A stretch of DNA of 64,000 nucleotides from Antedon mediterranea (taxonomy: Eukaryota; Animalia; Echinodermata): assembly GCF_964355755.1 (NCBI RefSeq), contig NC_092670.1, forward strand, positions 1,974,201-2,038,200, in the 5' to 3' direction. Shown one piece after another: positions 61,215 through 64,000 of the stretch (positions within the stretch are counted from its first letter, which is position 1; each line of letters starts with the position of its first letter). The position numbers were made by a program, and so were the translations under genes. A model generated the notes under the pieces. The model did no database searches. It saw nothing but the letters and a program-made list of their open reading frames with translations, and was not told where the DNA came from.

Positions 61215-63703
61215 TTAAAATTGTAATTGCTCTGCTGTATAGGTTTCATAAATTAGCTTGGCTGCAGCAGCATCCATTGCAGCCATTCCTGTGTTTAAAA
61301 AAAAAGGTGTTTTTTTTTTCAAAATATCCTACATTATAGACCTATATAAAAATGGACTTTAGCGAAACTTCTCACATAATTTGGTCAAGAAAATCTAAAG
61401 AGTACAAAGTGGTCCGAACTCGTGTTTATAGTATAATATGGTTGTTTTGATGATGTTGGAAGCTACATGGTTTAAGGGGGAAAGAAAATAATGACATAGG
61501 CTACCTAATGACTTGAAAACTGTAGTCTGATCCCGCTTAACTGGCTTGGCCCTGTTGACTAAATCACCTATTTCTGCATATATTTTACACTGTAGAGACG
61601 AATACAATAGTTAGTAAATTGTAAATAAACTATTCCATGCAAATGCACTCAATATTTGTGTTACTATTATTATACTTATTCAACCAAAGCACTTAGGCTA
61701 TTTTTGATTAGTATAAATGACTGAATCAGCCTAACTACGTAATGTGTAAAGATTAGTAATATACTTTCAGTATAATGAAATAATTGCCGGGTATGTTGTG
61801 ACACTTTTTACTGAGTTAGTAATTAGTGTAGAAAATTCAGGCGTATCAATATATTGTATAAGTATAAATCCAAAGGCAAATTACTGAAAAAATGAAAATG
61901 CTGTGGGTATCAGTGGCTCGATCTCAATGTAGATAAAAAAAAAAGCGAAAGCTAAATCAAAACGATAAAGTAAAACAGCCAGAAAAATTAGCAGAGCTTT
62001 CGGGCAACAGTAGCCCTTCATAAGTGCAAGTCTATATATAAGTATATAATATAAAAATACAGTCATCTGTTTGAAAGTGTGTGCATGACGTTGTTCCTTC
62101 ATGGTGTGTGAGTAGGTAGACCTACCGTACCTTAGACAAGATGATATCACCTGACTCCTCCATCGCGCTCTCAATTGTGTCGGTGTAAACAATGGCATTT
62201 TGCATAAGTTTCGGGTCAAGCTCTTGCCAGGATGGCCTATTTCCACCTACACCTTCAAGTTAAGAATAACAAAAGAAAATCATTATATTGTGAAATTGAA
62301 ATAAACATTTTGTTCATAAAAATTATAAGTTCAAGTAGTTTTATAACGGCCTAAAATTTTTTTAATTTAATAACCTTTAACATGTATATACCGTACTCTG
62401 AAATTAATTTGTGCTAGTTAAGTGTCTCATAAGCCAGTTTATCTGGCCCTTATGTTGTCTTAAGGTGAGACAATAATAAATAAAAATACTACTACAACTA
62501 CTGAAGAACTATGCTCTAGCTTTTTAGATTTTCTCAGTTTTAATTATTTTTTTGTTTAAACAGACGTGCTATTGTATAAGAATACAACGTATTTACAGTT
62601 GATGTGAGCACCATTCGTAACCCATTCATACTTCAGAACAGGTGTATTAGATCCAGTGACAGTGGTTATAACATCTGCCCCTCTCACTGCCTCTTCTGCT
62701 GACTCACATGCCCTGCATCCAAGCTGCATGGCCAATGTCTCTGCTTTTAGATAATTTCTATTCCATATTCTCACCTAAAGACAGAAACTAATAGTCCTAA
62801 GTATGACCTCTGAATAAAAATAATCCACGCAATAAATTTGTGTCCCGTTTCTCAAATGGTATGAGAAGAAGTGTTCATGAGCTGCAGCATGCTGATGTGT
62901 TATTTACTTGATGATCTGTAAACGGGACATGGGTCACTGATTGGTCTTAAGTCATTGGAGTCTTTGATGTAGTCTCGAGCTAGTGGTGGAGTGTCTGGAG
63001 TAGGATTTAATTGGACCGACATAATTCAATTGTAACTTACCTCTTCAAATTCCGTTACAGATTGAAGAGCAAAATAATGGCTTTTGGCCTGTACTCCGGC
63101 ACCAAGAATAGCAAGAACTTTGGAGTTTGTTGGAGCAAGATACTAAACATACAAGTAAAGTAGGTAAAAATTATTATCATTTACTATTTATTTATAAACA
63201 TCAATGTTTATATGTCAGTCATTTGAGTATTGCAGTCTCGCTGTTTGGTGGTTGTCAGTAGAAAGAGTTCTGTCATATACAACCAGTTTGTCAGTCAAAA
63301 TCAGATTCAATATTTAATTACAATTACTAAGTAAATTATATACCTTTGTTGCAACAGCCGACATTGCTGCAGTCCTAGCAGCTGTAAGCAAGTTACTTTC
63401 CAAAAGCTAAAACATAAACACATTTTCAAAATTTGACGTTCAAACATAGTGACATTTGTAACAACATAGACAGTTAGTTTACAGTCAGCAATCTGTGTCA
63501 AAATGTTACCAATAGATTTGTTTACAGTTTTCAATAAGCATAATACGTAATAGAAAATGTATGATCTTACTGCTTTCATACTCCCTTCTTTTGCATCATG
63601 GACAGTTAAAACAGATTGAATTCTGGGATTGTTTTGTGGAAACTGAGTGATGAGCTTGGTGACAAGGACTCCATTATATGAACATGGCATTACGTAATAA
63701 TTT
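61215..63703 (-). CDS. CRYM: Mu-crystallin / ketimine reductase, paralog B (first coding exon presumably beyond the window end)
   Basis: Exons: 63703-63571 (TKLITQFPQN), 63406-63344 (LTAARTAAMSAVAT), 63142-63041 (LAILGAGVQAKSH), 62774-62597, 62252-62131, 61589-61505, 61288-61215. Intron phases are identical to paralog A. Confidence 0.88.
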
Positions 63704-64000
63704 CTATAAAAAAATTATGAATGAGGCAATTAAAAATTGTGTCAACTGAACCATAACAATGGAGTTTTCTGTGAAGTTTTGTGGTGAACTTTGATGAAGC
63801 TTTTTTCCCATCCCCAAATCAGATACTACATCCTGCCTTGCATCAACCGGGGAAAATATAAAGTGTCCACAAATATAGTAGGTAATACTGTGCAATCCCA
63901 GTATAATTTCTACATGAACTGGGATGGCTGAACGCGCCAAATGCCTGTCATACAGTAGATTACTAGTTCCAAATTAAAAACAATTTACCCAGAGCTATTC

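Noticed and set aside
63704-63950. 78-aa minus-strand ORF as the first exon of CRYM-B
   Set aside because: It has no similarity to the paralog A first exon (no QPVR motif). The true exon probably lies beyond the window.

Overview
AT-rich, intron-containing animal genomic DNA. It is probably a marine invertebrate such as an echinoderm, inferred from repeat style only. There is no prokaryotic content and no CRISPR array. Nine protein-coding genes can be built by hand from GT-AG exon chains: a C2H2 zinc-finger array gene (9122-10933, +), SLC22A15-like (19521-24509, +), SLC25A38 (~30481-38019, +), CEP20/FOPNL (41492-44032, -) head-to-head with ADPRH/ARH1 (46157-49860, +), TEX33/CIMIP4-like (50637-52015, -) head-to-head with a small secreted two-LDLa protein (53547-55555, +), and two tandem mu-crystallin/CRYM paralogs (56479-59326 and 61215->63703, -). 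The non-coding space is dense with transposon relics. These include a near-intact CR1/L2-group LINE nested in a 6.4-kb TACG-ended (IS3EU-like) element that also carries a decayed protein-kinase fragment. There are also MITEs with Merlin-, MULE-, hAT-, Kolobok-, Tc1/mariner-, Harbinger- and Chapaev-like termini, Helitron/Helentron ends, SINE and RTE fragments, minisatellites and a 1.5-kb near-perfect palindrome. The most notable observations are: (1) a dispersed family of 12-29 bp CATGGAG/CAGGGAG mini-palindromes with 6-8 bp direct repeats, resembling P-element excision scars; (2) a 1.4-kb Merlin-like element 14 nt upstream of the CEP20 start codon, inside a bidirectional promoter; (3) minimal hammerhead ribozymes in a Penelope-like repeat; (4) the kinase-carrying composite transposon; (5) TAGGCCTA/CTAG-rich patches near gene 5' ends. 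All calls were made by eye with no database searches, so superfamily assignments rest on terminal motifs and target-site duplication (TSD) length only.
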